Positions 12,508-22,486 of a DNA stretch of 64,000 nucleotides are shown here, piece by piece. The translations under genes were made by a program, and so were the position numbers. The notes under the pieces were generated by a model. That model was given only the letters and a program-made list of their open reading frames with translations, did not search any database and was not told where the DNA came from. This DNA is from an uncultured Gemmatimonadales bacterium (GTDB lineage: Bacteria; Gemmatimonadota; Gemmatimonadetes; Palauibacterales; Palauibacteraceae). Location of the stretch: contig CAWANJ010000007.1 in NCBI GenBank assembly GCA_963783385.1, positions 1 through 64,000 on the forward strand, given 5' to 3'. Position 1 is the first letter of the stretch. Every line of letters starts with the position of its first letter.

Positions 12508-14181
12508 ATGGGAGCGACGGTGCTGGCGCTGCGGGAGGTGGCCGAGACCGGGTACGGGGAGGAGAAGCCGGTTCAGGGTTCGGGCTCCGGCTCCGGTCGC
12601 GGTTCCGCGGAACCGGGCCGAGCGGCCGGCGACCGGGCAGAGGGCCAAGGGTCGAGCGCCGCTGACGAGGCCCCAGGCCCCGATTTCCTCGACGAGCTCG
12701 GCGACGAGATCGCCACCCTGGCGGCCCACATCCACGCCGCCACCCACCGGCTGCTCACCCTGATCGCCCGCTTCGACCGGCTTCGGGGCTGGGAGGCGGC
12801 CGGCCACCGGGGCTGCGCCGAGTGGCTGGCGTGGCGCACCGGCATGGACAAGCGCACGGCGAGAGAGCACGTGCGGGTGGCGAGGGCGCTGGAGGCGCTC
12901 CCCGAGACGAGCCGCTCCATGAGCCGGGGCCGGCTCTCCTTCTCCAAGGTGCGGGCCCTGACCCGCGTGGCCGACCCGGAGAACGAGGCCGACCTCCTGG
13001 AGCTGGCCGAGGGGGTGACCGCCGCCCGGCTCGAGCGCGTGGTGCGCGCCTGGAAGAGGGGGAGCCGCCAGGACGAGGCGGCCCGGGCCGAGGAGGTCCG
13101 CCGCCTGCGCCGGCTCTCGGTGTTCCCCGACGAGGAGGGCATGTACGTCATCCGGGGCCGGCTGGAGCCCGAGGTGGGAGCCCTCCTCATGCGGGCCATC
13201 GAGGCGGCCAGCGATGCGCTCTACAGGGAGGAGCGCTCGAGGAAGGAGGAGCGGTCCCGGGCCCCTGCAACGGAGCCGTCACCCCGCTCTGCCACCGGCG
13301 GTTCCGCGGAACCGCCCGATCGCGTCCCCGCGGGGACGTGCCGCGCCGAGCCGGACACGGGCCGCGAGGCGGCCCGCCGGCGGGCCGACGCCCTCGGGCT
13401 GTTGGCCGAGCGGGCGCTGGCCGCCGGCTTCGGGGGCGGGGATTCCCCCTCGGACGTCCCGATCAGCGGCACCCGGGCCGAGCGCTACCAGGTCCTCCTG
13501 CACGTGGACGTGGACACCCTGTCCGAGGACCGGGAGCCCGGCCGCTCCGAGCTCGAGGACGGCACCCGCGTCTCCGCGGAGACGTCCCGGCGGCTCGCCT
13601 GTGACGCCGCGTTGATACGGGTGACCCATGCCCCGGAGGAGGGCCCGAGCCCCGACGGTTCGATGACCGGCGCCGCGGCCCCCGCCGGCACCGTCCTCTC
13701 GGTCGGCCGCCGCACCCGCACCATCCCGCCGGCGCTGCGCCGGGCGCTCGAGGTGAGGGACCGCGGCTGCCGGTTCCCCGGCTGCGGGCTCCGCTTCACC
13801 GACGCCCACCACGTCGAGCACTGGGCCGACGGCGGGGAGACCAGCCTGGACAACTGCGTCCTGCTGTGCCGCTATCACCACCGGCTCGTGCACGAGGGCG
13901 GCTGGAAGCTCGAGTGGTGGGGGAAGGGCCGGGCGGTGTTCCGAGACCCGCGCGGCTTCGACCACTTCGACGAGACGCGGAGCGCTGCAGCGTCGCCGTG
14001 CGCCCGTGCGCCCCGGGGCTCCCACGGTTCGCCCCGGCCCGACGCCTCGGGCCGTGCCCTCGCGCGTGCTAACCGGCTCCATGGCGCCGACCCCGGGCCC
14101 CTCACCGCCTCTGCTCGCTGGAAGCGAGAGTGGGACATCCCCGACGACGTCTGGTTCCGGGCCACCGAGGCGGCACTGTAG
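12508..14181 (+). mobile_element. DUF222 + HNH endonuclease (13E12-repeat-like) element
   Basis: LAAHIHAATHRLL...FDR..GW...CAEWLAWRTG, VSAETSRRLACDA, RDRGCRFPGC...DAHHVEHWADGGETSLDNCVLLCRYHH. Confidence 0.85.
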
Positions 14182-14326
14182 TGCGGCCGAAGCGGCGCTG
14201 TAGCGGGGCGGTAGCGGGCCTGTGGCCAGGGCGCGGCTTCCCGGTGGCGAGTCTGCAATGGGAGCCCGGGGGCATGATTCCCGACACCGAGCGTCCCCCC
14301 GGAGACGTCGGCGCCGAGCCGCGCCA

Positions 14327-15479
14327 TCACCCCAGGATTCCCTCGTAGATCGCCACCATCCCCTCCGTCCACGCCCCGATCCCCAGCCTCGCGTCGGCGA
14401 AGCCCCGGTTCGCCTCGCCGCGCCGGGCCCGCTCCTCCGGGCTCCAGCCCAGCGCCTCCCGGATCGCCTCCGCGAGCGCCGCGGCGTCGCCGGGCTGGAA
14501 GCCCACCGCCCCCGGGGCCTCGAGCGCCGGGAGGTGCCCCGGGATGCGCGAGGCGAGGACGGGCCGCGCGTTGGCCATCGCCTCGGCCACCGAGTAGGGC
14601 ATCCCCTCCCGGCGGGAGGCGGACAGGAAGAGGTCGGCCATCCGGTAGTAGTCGGCCGGGTGGGCGCGGGGCGGGAGAACGCGAAGCCAGGCGCGGGAGA
14701 GCGTCCCCGTAGCGCGCGCCCACGAAGGCCTCCAGCGCCTCGCCTCCCACCGCCGCCAGGACCAGCCCGGGCGCGCCGGGCGCCAGCTGCTCCGCCGCCT
14801 CCAGGGCCAGGTCGACTCCCTTCCGCTCCGGGTCCCAGCCGAACAGGAGGAGGACGGTGGCGGCCGGCTCGATCCCGGCGGCGGCGCGCACGCGCGGCGG
14901 GGTCGGCCTCCGAGAGTCCGCGCGCGCTCGGTGTCGACGCCGTTCGGGAGGACCCGGACCCGGGCCGGATCGGCGCCGCGGGCCGCGGCCTGCTCGCGCA
15001 CGTGGGGGGAGACGGCCACCAGGTGGACGCCGCCGGAGAGGAGCCGCCAGCGGAGCGCCTCCCGCGCCCGGCGGGCGGCGCTCCCGCCGCGCTCCAGGTC
15101 GCTGTGCAGGTGCCACAGGACCTCGCAGCGGGCGCCCGGTCGCGCGCAGGAGCCGGGCGGCCAGCCAGGCGGGGAGGTCGTACGCCCCGAAGTGGGCGTG
15201 GAGGAGTCGGGCGTCGCGGTCGCGGGCCAGCTCGGCCAGGGCGCGGGCGGTGCGCAGGAGGCCGGAGCCGGAGGGCAGGGCGGTGACGTCGAGGCCGGCC
15301 GCCAGGAGCCCGGCGAACCACGGGCGGGCGGCGGCCTCCGCCGGGAAGGCGAACGCCTGGCGGAAGCCGCGCGCCTCTCCGGCCCGGTCCAGCGCCTCGA
15401 GCGCGGCCACGAAGTTCCCGGGGTGCTCGGGGGCGAAGGAGGCCGCGTGGAGGACGGTGCGGGCGGCGGCGCGGGTCAC
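14327..15479 (-). CDS. GT4 glycosyltransferase, frameshifted
   Basis: LLHAHFG, VLPNGVD, RKGVDLALEA, LFLSASRREGMPYSVAEAMA across ORFs 13875-15479 and 14327-15019. Confidence 0.85.
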
Positions 15480-15509
15480 GGCGCCCTCCGGGGCGGCGTC
15501 ACGGGGGCG

Positions 15510-16370
15510 TCACGGGCCGACGCCCGCGAACGCGCACAGGGTCTCGGGCTCCCGGAGGCCCAGGAGGAGGCGGGCCGAGGCGGCGACGCCCGCGGCGGTG
15601 GGATGCGGGGTCTCGAGCCGCTTCCCGAACACCCGCACCTCGGTGAAGCCCGCCGCCTCGAGGGCGAGGCGCAGGGAGGCCGCGTCGAAGAAGGCCAGGT
15701 GGAGGGGCGGCGAGGCCAGGGGCCCGAGCGCCTCCAGGGTGCGCCCGTGCGCCCAGTTGGGGGTGCTGAGCGCCAGGCATCCCCCGGGCCGGAGGGCGCG
15801 GCGGCAGGTGCGCAGGAGCCCGGCCACGTCCCGGGCGTGCTCGACCACCTCCCACATCACCACCGCGTCGGCCGAGGCGGCGGGAACGGGCGGCGGCTCC
15901 CCCTCCGGGAACACGGTCGCCCGCAGGCCCAGGCGCCGCGCGAAGCCGGCGGCGACCTCCGAGATGTCGAAGTCGGCGTAGCTCCACCCGCGCGCCGTCG
16001 CCAGCATCCCGAAGCCGCCGACCCCGCCCCCGATCTCGGCCATCGCGCGGCCGCGGGCGCGGCGCTCCAGCCGGCGCAGGAGACGGGCGCGGTAGCGGCT
16101 CCAGCGCGGCTCGCCCCGGGCCAGCGCCTCGTAGGTCCGCCGGTGGCGCGCGTAGGCGCCCGTCTCGAACAGGGTGTCGTACAGGGCGGCCAGCGCCCCG
16201 GGCGCGGGGAGGTCCACCGCCAACACGGTGCCGCACGCCGGGCAGCGGCCCAGGGCGTGGCCGCCCTCCTCGCGGCCGATCGGGACGGGGGCTTCGGCGG
16301 CCCCGCAGGCGCGGCAGCCGGGGGCGCGGGGCCCGGCGTGGGGCGCGCCGCTCCGCGCGACCTCCGTCAC
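15510..16370 (-). CDS. Class I SAM methyltransferase with N-terminal Zn-binding CxxC pairs
   Basis: CRACG...CPACG, EIGGGVG, MWEVVEH, LRPGGCLALSTPN. Confidence 0.8.
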   Translation of the reverse strand: MTEVARSGAPHAGPRAPGCRACGAAEAPVPIGREEGGHALGRCPACGTVLAVDLPAPGALAALYDTLFETGAYARHRRTYEALARGEPRWSRYRARLLRRLERRARGRAMAEIGGGVGGFGMLATARGWSYADFDISEVAAGFARRLGLRATVFPEGEPPPVPAASADAVVMWEVVEHARDVAGLLRTCRRALRPGGCLALSTPNWAHGRTLEALGPLASPPLHLAFFDAASLRLALEAAGFTEVRVFGKRLETPHPTAAGVAASARLLLGLREPETLCAFAGVGP

Positions 16371-17257
16371 GGCGCCCACGCCTCGGAGGCCGGGTCGTCG
16401 ATCGGCTCGAACAGCTCCGGGTCGTAGCGCGCCGAGCCCGGCGTGAGGCGGTCCAGGAGCCGCTTGGCCAACAGGCGGACGGGCCGGGGCAGGCGGCGGT
16501 GGAGCCAGTCGGCCGGCGCCCGGAAGGCGGAGCGCGGGCGCGGCGGTCCGTCCCACGCGGCCCGGTAGTCGGCCTGCACGGGCGCCTCGAGCAGGGGCGG
16601 CACGCCGTGGAGCTTCCGGGCCAGCACCAGGAGCTGGGTGGGCGCCCGCCCCACCACCCCCACGCGCCGGCCGGCCTCGAGCGGGTCGCGCACCCGGTAC
16701 CAGCGCTCGGCGGCCGCGTCGACCGCGATCACGCGCCGGATCTCGAAGCCGTTCTCCCGGGAGAAGGCGCGGAAGTAGAGCTCGGGGCTGAACTGGTAGA
16801 AGCCGTGCCCCATGAAGTTGTTGGAGGGTGCCATGGCCAGGAAGTGGCCGCCCGGCCGCAGCATGGCCATGCAGCTCCGGAGCGCGGTCGCCACGTCGAA
16901 CACGTGCTCCAGCGTGCCCCCGTCGATCACGGCCGTGAAGCGCTCGTGCAGGACGGGCGGCGCCGGGAGGCTCAGGTCGTGGACCAGGGTGGCGCCCTCG
17001 TAGCTCGAGGCGTCCATCGACACCACCTCGCGGGCGCCCAGGTGGCGGAGGAGGCCCTCGGCGTAGCCGTCGCTCGCCTGGACGAGCGCCGCCGCGCCGC
17101 CCGCCCCGGCCGGAGCGCCGAACTCGGCCAGGGCGCGGTCCAGCTCGCGCGGGGCCAGGTGGACGCCCTGGCGGCCCAGGGTGAGGGTCTCGGAGAAGTC
17201 CGCCCCGAGCCGGTGGGCGTAGAGCACGAAGCGGCACCCGTTGGCGTCCAGTCCCAC
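16367..17257 (-). CDS. SAM-dependent methyltransferase
   Basis: SMDASSYEGATLVHDL, IDGGTLEHVFD, LRPGG, GHGFYQFSPE. Confidence 0.8.
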   Translation of the reverse strand: MGLDANGCRFVLYAHRLGADFSETLTLGRQGVHLAPRELDRALAEFGAPAGAGGAAALVQASDGYAEGLLRHLGAREVVSMDASSYEGATLVHDLSLPAPPVLHERFTAVIDGGTLEHVFDVATALRSCMAMLRPGGHFLAMAPSNNFMGHGFYQFSPELYFRAFSRENGFEIRRVIAVDAAAERWYRVRDPLEAGRRVGVVGRAPTQLLVLARKLHGVPPLLEAPVQADYRAAWDGPPRPRSAFRAPADWLHRRLPRPVRLLAKRLLDRLTPGSARYDPELFEPIDDPASEAWAP

Positions 17258-17270
17258 GCGCCCTCCCCGG

Positions 17271-18686
17271 CTACAGCCGCGCCAGGCGGCGGAGGTCGGC
17301 CGGGCTCCAGGCGCCCGTCAGGCGCCCGAGCGCGGCGTAGGCGGCGGCCCCGGCCGCCACCCGGAGCGCCACCGGCCAGCCCGGCGTGGCCAGGAGGAGA
17401 ACGGCCATCCCGGCCGCCGCGGCCCCGCTCCGGGCCAGGGGGCCGGCCACCCGCACGCCGCGCACCACGCCCCGCGCCTTCCCGGCCAGCCACGCGGCCA
17501 GGAGGAGCTCGGTCAGGGTGGTGGTCGCGGCCGCCCCGGCCACGCCCCAGCGCGGGATGGCCACCAGGTTGGCGGCCACGTTGAACAGGGCGGCGTACAG
17601 CGTCCCGCGGGTCCGGTCGGGCTGGCGGTCCAGGGCGCTCAGCGCCGTGGACACGGCCGAGTTGGCGTAGCGGAGGGGGAGGATGGGGAGCATGATGGCC
17701 AGCGGCACCCACGCCGCCCGGTAGGCGGGCGAGGCCAGGAGCACCACCAGGGGCCGGGCCACGCACAGCCCGCCCACCGCCATCGGCACGCTCGCCGCCA
17801 GCAGGACCCGGAGCGCGAAGGAGAGCTCGCGGCCGGCACCCTCCGGGTCCCCGACGCGCCGCGCCAGGCGGGGGAGGAGCGCCTGGTTGAGGACGCTCGC
17901 CACGATCGGGAGCTGCAGGATGAGGATGGCGGCGGCGCGGTACAGCCCCACCTCGTGGTCCGTCCGGAACGCCTTGAGGAGGAGGACGTCCGCGGCCAGG
18001 TAGACGGCCCCGAACAGGTTGTTGAGGCCGAAGGAGCGCGCCTCGCGCACCAGGCCCGCCATGCGCCGGAGCGGGAACCGGAGGGGGAGGGGGCCGATCC
18101 GGGAGCGGAACAGGGCGAGGAGGAGGACGAGGCCGGCCGCCCAGCCCAGCGCCTGCGCGGCGAACACGCCCGGCAGGCCGAGCCCCAGCTCCACCGCGCC
18201 CACGGTCGCCCCGACCAGGACCAGCCGCCCCGCCACGGCCGAGGGGAGGAGGGCGCGCGTCCGCTGCAGACCCTGGAACACGCCCTGGGCCGCGTAGTGC
18301 AGGCTCGAGACGGTGAGCGCGAGGCCGGCCAGCGCCGCCGCACCGACCACCACGGGCCGGCCGTCCTGGAGCGCGGCCCAGCCCGCGATCGGCAGGGTGG
18401 CGGCGAGCCCCAGCGCCGCGGTGGTCACCAGGCCGAGGCCGAGGCGGGCCCCCGCGGTCTCGGGCGCGCGGGCCACCTCCCGGGAGAGGAGGACGGCCAG
18501 GTTCATGCGCACCGCGAACGCGAACAGGGCCACGACTCCGAGCACGAAGCCGTACACGCCGTACAGATCCGTCCCCAGCGCGCGGGCCAGGTAGAACTGG
18601 ACGAACAGCCCCGCCCCGAGGGTGACGGCGTAGGCGGCCGTCAGCCACGGGAGGCTACCGCTGCGGCCCGCGGCCGTCCGCGTCAG
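17271..18686 (-). CDS. wzx: Wzx-type flippase
   Basis: about 12-14 hydrophobic segments, ARALG...YGVY, DVLLL...EVGLYRAA, IPRWGVAGAA; start codon uncertain. Confidence 0.85.
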   Translation of the reverse strand: MTRTAAGRSGSLPWLTAAYAVTLGAGLFVQFYLARALGTDLYGVYGFVLGVVALFAFAVRMNLAVLLSREVARAPETAGARLGLGLVTTAALGLAATLPIAGWAALQDGRPVVVGAAALAGLALTVSSLHYAAQGVFQGLQRTRALLPSAVAGRLVLVGATVGAVELGLGLPGVFAAQALGWAAGLVLLLALFRSRIGPLPLRFPLRRMAGLVREARSFGLNNLFGAVYLAADVLLLKAFRTDHEVGLYRAAAILILQLPIVASVLNQALLPRLARRVGDPEGAGRELSFALRVLLAASVPMAVGGLCVARPLVVLLASPAYRAAWVPLAIMLPILPLRYANSAVSTALSALDRQPDRTRGTLYAALFNVAANLVAIPRWGVAGAAATTTLTELLLAAWLAGKARGVVRGVRVAGPLARSGAAAAGMAVLLLATPGWPVALRVAAGAAAYAALGRLTGAWSPADLRRLARL

Positions 18687-19996
18687 GGTCCCACCGCGTC
18701 CCCGGCCGGAGCGGTGACGGGGCCGACGCCGGCCGGGAGGGAGGGTCCCGGCGCCCGGGCCCGCGCCCCGGCGCGGGACACGGTCTCCAGCGTGGCCCAG
18801 TAGCGGGCCGCCAGCCGGCGGCGGTCGTGCTCCTCCCGCACGAACGCCTGTCCGGCGCGGCCCATGCGTTCCGCGAGGGAGGGATCGGCGCGCAGGCGGC
18901 CGAGCGCCTCGAGCAGGGCGTCCGCCGATCCGGGCTCGAAGGCGAGCCCGCCCCCCGCCCGCAGCAGCGTGCTCCGCGCCTCTCCCTCCACCCCCAGGAG
19001 GATCGGGCGCCCGGCGGCCCACGCCTCGAACATCTTGGAGGGGAGCACCTTCCTGAACGCCGGCAGCCTGCGCAGGTGGACCAGGGCCGCGTCCGAGGCC
19101 CCGTAGTAGGCGGGGACGTCCTCGTGGGGTCGCTTGGGGACGAGCACCACGTTCTCCGCGCCCAGCCGGCGATGGGCCTCCTCGAGATCTCCCCGGCGAT
19201 TGCCGGTGCCCATCACCAGGAAGACGACCTCCGGGTCCGGGCAGCGGCGCGCCGCCTCCAGGACGACCTCCAGGCCGTGCGCGTCCCCGGTGGTGCCGAT
19301 GTAGGAGACCACGAACCGCCCCTCGAGGCCGTGGCGCGCCCGCACCTCGCGCACGCGGGCCGGGTCGGGCGCCGCGAACGTCTCCGGGATCACGCCGTTC
19401 TTGATCACGGTCACCCGCGACGAGGGAACCCCCAGCCCGAGCAGGTGCTCCCGGAAGGCGTCGCTCAGCACGACCACGTGGTCGGCGTGGGCGTAGAGGA
19501 AGTTCGACAGCCGCTCGAGCGACGCGACCAGGCGGCTCCGGCCGTCCACGCCCGCCGCCACGATCGACTCCGGCCACAGGTCGCGCACCTCGAGCACGAA
19601 CGGGACGCCGAGCCGCTTCGCCACCAGGTAGCCCGCCAGGCCGCTCAGGAGCTGGGGCGTGGTCGCCGCCACCACGTCGGGCGGGGAGCCGTCCAGCCGC
19701 GTCCCGTGCCACGTGGCCGAGGCCAGGAAGGACGCGAAGTTGACGCAGCGCCGCACGACGCCCGCGTTGGCCAGCGGCACGATGGGCACGCGCTCCAGCT
19801 CGATCCCTTCATCGAGCTCGCGCGTGCGGGCGTTGGCGTACCCGCGGTAGACGGCGCCCTCGGGGTAGTGCGGAGGGGCGGTGAGCACGCGGACGCGGCC
19901 GCCGTCGGCGACCCACTGCCGCGCGTGCTCCTGGAGGCGGCGCGCGGGCGCGTTCACCTCCGGCGGGTAGTTGTGGCTGACGAACAGCAGACGCAC
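18683..19996 (-). CDS. GT4 glycosyltransferase (WbuB-like)
   Basis: LFVSHNYPPEVNAPA, LEVRDLWPES, YIGT.G.AHGL, LPSKMFEAWAAGRPILL. Confidence 0.9.
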   Translation of the reverse strand: MRLLFVSHNYPPEVNAPARRLQEHARQWVADGGRVRVLTAPPHYPEGAVYRGYANARTRELDEGIELERVPIVPLANAGVVRRCVNFASFLASATWHGTRLDGSPPDVVAATTPQLLSGLAGYLVAKRLGVPFVLEVRDLWPESIVAAGVDGRSRLVASLERLSNFLYAHADHVVVLSDAFREHLLGLGVPSSRVTVIKNGVIPETFAAPDPARVREVRARHGLEGRFVVSYIGTTGDAHGLEVVLEAARRCPDPEVVFLVMGTGNRRGDLEEAHRRLGAENVVLVPKRPHEDVPAYYGASDAALVHLRRLPAFRKVLPSKMFEAWAAGRPILLGVEGEARSTLLRAGGGLAFEPGSADALLEALGRLRADPSLAERMGRAGQAFVREEHDRRRLAARYWATLETVSRAGARARAPGPSLPAGVGPVTAPAGDAVGP

Positions 19997-20144
19997 GTCG
20001 CGGTCCCTCGTCCCGAGCCCGGCCCGACCCCACACCGTACCACGTCCTGCGACTACAGTTGTCCGCGCGAAAAGGTGAGCCGGGGCGGGGCTCCGGGGCA
20101 AGAGGGCGGGCCGCGGAGTTGACAGGTCCGCATCGGGCGCCAAG

Positions 20145-21479
20145 TTGGGCGGGTGGCCGCCCCGGCCACGATCAGCCTCCAGCGCGGGGAGCGCGGTGCG
20201 ACCTGATGCCCGGACCAGGCGCGGTTCGACCGGTCCGGCCCGGAGTCCGGTCCGGGCCCGCCGCGCCGCTTCCTCGACCCTCGATCCGGGCCGCATCGCC
20301 GCGGCCCTCGTCCTCCTGGGGATCGCCACCATCCCGTTCGACGCCGCGGCCGGGCTCGTGCCCGGGGCGGGGGTGGCCAAGGGGGTGTGGGCGCTGGCCG
20401 CCCTCGGCGTGGCCCTGTCGCTGGTCCTGGGGGAGCGCCGGCCCCTGCCGCGCCTCCCCCTCCTGGCCACCATCGCCTTCCTGGCCTACGCCGGCCTCAC
20501 GTACGCGTGGTCCCTGGAGCCGGCGGCCACGGCGCAGCGCGTGACCTCGCTGATCCTCCTCGCCCTCCTGTCGTTCACCATCGTGTGGCTGGCGTCGGGG
20601 CGGGAGGAGCGGGCGCGGGCCGCGGTCGCCGCCTACGTGGCCGGGGCGCTGGTCGCGGCGGCCGCCCTCGCCGTCGAGCGAGTGCGCGGCCCGGCCCTCC
20701 CGCCGTGGGCCATGGTCCGGCTCACGGCGTTCGGGCTGGACCAGAACGACCTGGCCTGCTCCCTGGCCATCGCGGTGGCGCTGCTGCCCGCCCTCCCCGG
20801 CGGCGTCCGGCGAAGAGGCCTCGCGGCGCGCCGCCCCGACTACGGGCGCGCCCTGGGGGTGGGGCTGCTCGCCCTCGTGCTGGGGACGGCCACCCTGCTG
20901 CCCGGCTCCCGGGCGGCCACCGTGGGGCTCGCCCTCGCGGCCGTCGCCACGGCCTACCAGCTCCTGGAGGGGGTGTCGCGGCCGACGCGGCTTCTGTTCG
21001 TCGTCGTCCTCGTGCTGGCGCTGTGGGGGGCGGCCCTCCTCGTCCTGGACCGCTCCACCCTGGGGCGGATCGGACTGGTCCACCCCACCGGGGCCTCCTA
21101 CACGCCCACCGTGCGGGGGAGGGTGTGGCGCGATGCCTGGAACGTGTTCAGCCGCCGACCCCTGTTCGGGGTCGGCATCGGGAGCTTCGCGGCGGTGCGC
21201 GAGCGCTGGACCGGCAACCTGGCCCGGCCCGCCCACAACGTGTTCCTCGGCGTGCTGGTCGAAGGGGGCGTGGTCGGCCTCCTCCTGCTCCTCCTCGTGC
21301 TGGCCGCGGCCGTGGCCGGGGCGATCCGCGCCCCGCGCCGCCTGCGGGGGCCCCTGCTCGCCGGCTGGATCGTGTGGGCGGTGGCCGCGAGCACCCTCAC
21401 CTGGGAGTTCAACAAGGCGACCTGGTTCCTGGTCGGCCTGTCGGTGGCCGCCGGGACGGCGAGGGAGCGCCTGCGGTGA
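20145..21479 (+). CDS. O-antigen ligase / Wzy-family polymerase
   Basis: multi-TM; DQND, GSRAA, RGRVW, PLFGVGIGSF, AHNVFLGVLVEGG; start uncertain. Confidence 0.85.
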   Translation: MGGWPPRPRSASSAGSAVRPDARTRRGSTGPARSPVRARRAASSTLDPGRIAAALVLLGIATIPFDAAAGLVPGAGVAKGVWALAALGVALSLVLGERRPLPRLPLLATIAFLAYAGLTYAWSLEPAATAQRVTSLILLALLSFTIVWLASGREERARAAVAAYVAGALVAAAALAVERVRGPALPPWAMVRLTAFGLDQNDLACSLAIAVALLPALPGGVRRRGLAARRPDYGRALGVGLLALVLGTATLLPGSRAATVGLALAAVATAYQLLEGVSRPTRLLFVVVLVLALWGAALLVLDRSTLGRIGLVHPTGASYTPTVRGRVWRDAWNVFSRRPLFGVGIGSFAAVRERWTGNLARPAHNVFLGVLVEGGVVGLLLLLLVLAAAVAGAIRAPRRLRGPLLAGWIVWAVAASTLTWEFNKATWFLVGLSVAAGTARERLR

Positions 21480-22486
21480 GCGCTGCGCCCGGCCTCCTCC
21501 TCACCGGCGGGACCCAGGCCCTCCTGGCCGGGCTGCGGCCGCACCGTCACCAGTTCCGGCGGGCCGTCCTCGCGGGCCTCCGCCATCCGGGGGCCGAGGC
21601 GCGGCCGGTGGCGATCCGGGGGCGGCGGGAGGCGGGGATGGTGGGGCGGAGCCAGCCCGTCCTCCTGCGCTCGGCCACCGTCAGCGGGCGAGGGACGCTG
21701 GTCACCTGTCTCCCCGACACCGCCCTCGAGCTCGACCCCGCCACCGGCGGGGTGCTGCGCTCGCTCACGCACCCGTGGTTCAGCGACGTGCACCACGCCC
21801 GCCCCGCGCCCTCGGACGGCGTGTACGTGGTGGCCACCGGGCTCGACCTCGTGCTCGAGATGGACTGGTCGGGCCGCGTGCGGCGCGAGTGGCCCATGGG
21901 ATCCCCCTCCACCTGGGAGCGCTTCGACCGCGGCCGGGACTTCCGGCGCGCCCCGCCCCCCAGGCCGCATCACGTCCACCCCAACCACGTGCTCCCCTTC
22001 GGGGACGAGCTGTGGGTGACCTGCTTCCACCCGTGCGCCCTGGTGTGCGTCGAGGGGCGGCGCCGGGGAGCGATCGTGCCGCTCGCGACCTGCGGCGTGC
22101 ACGACGGGCACGTGGAGGGCTCGACCGCGTGGTGCACGGCGGTCGAGGGGCGGATCGTGGCCGTGGACCTGGAGCGGCTCGAGGTCGCGGCCGAGCACGA
22201 CCTCCTCGCCTTCGGCGGGGTGGAGGCGAAGGTGGGCTGGTTCCGGGGCGTCCAGCCGCTGGGCGACGGCACCCTCCTGGTCGGCGTCTCGCGCCTCCGG
22301 CGCACGCGCCTGCACGAGAACCTCGTGTGGCTGCGGCACCGGGAGTGGGATCGGCCCCGCTACCGCCACTCGGTCGCCCTCCACGTGCGGCCCGAAACCC
22401 GCGAGGTGCTGCGCGAGATCGACCTGCGCCCGGCCGGGCTCGACGCCGTGTACTCGGTGGTCGCGGTCGGAGGCGCGGCGGCGTGA
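21476..22486 (+). CDS. Hypothetical His-rich beta-propeller-like protein
   Basis: GTG overlaps upstream stop; FSDVHH, VATGLD.VLE, HHVHPNHV, GVHDG, GWFRG repeated beta-type segments. Confidence 0.6.
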   Translation: MSAAPGLLLTGGTQALLAGLRPHRHQFRRAVLAGLRHPGAEARPVAIRGRREAGMVGRSQPVLLRSATVSGRGTLVTCLPDTALELDPATGGVLRSLTHPWFSDVHHARPAPSDGVYVVATGLDLVLEMDWSGRVRREWPMGSPSTWERFDRGRDFRRAPPPRPHHVHPNHVLPFGDELWVTCFHPCALVCVEGRRRGAIVPLATCGVHDGHVEGSTAWCTAVEGRIVAVDLERLEVAAEHDLLAFGGVEAKVGWFRGVQPLGDGTLLVGVSRLRRTRLHENLVWLRHREWDRPRYRHSVALHVRPETREVLREIDLRPAGLDAVYSVVAVGGAAA

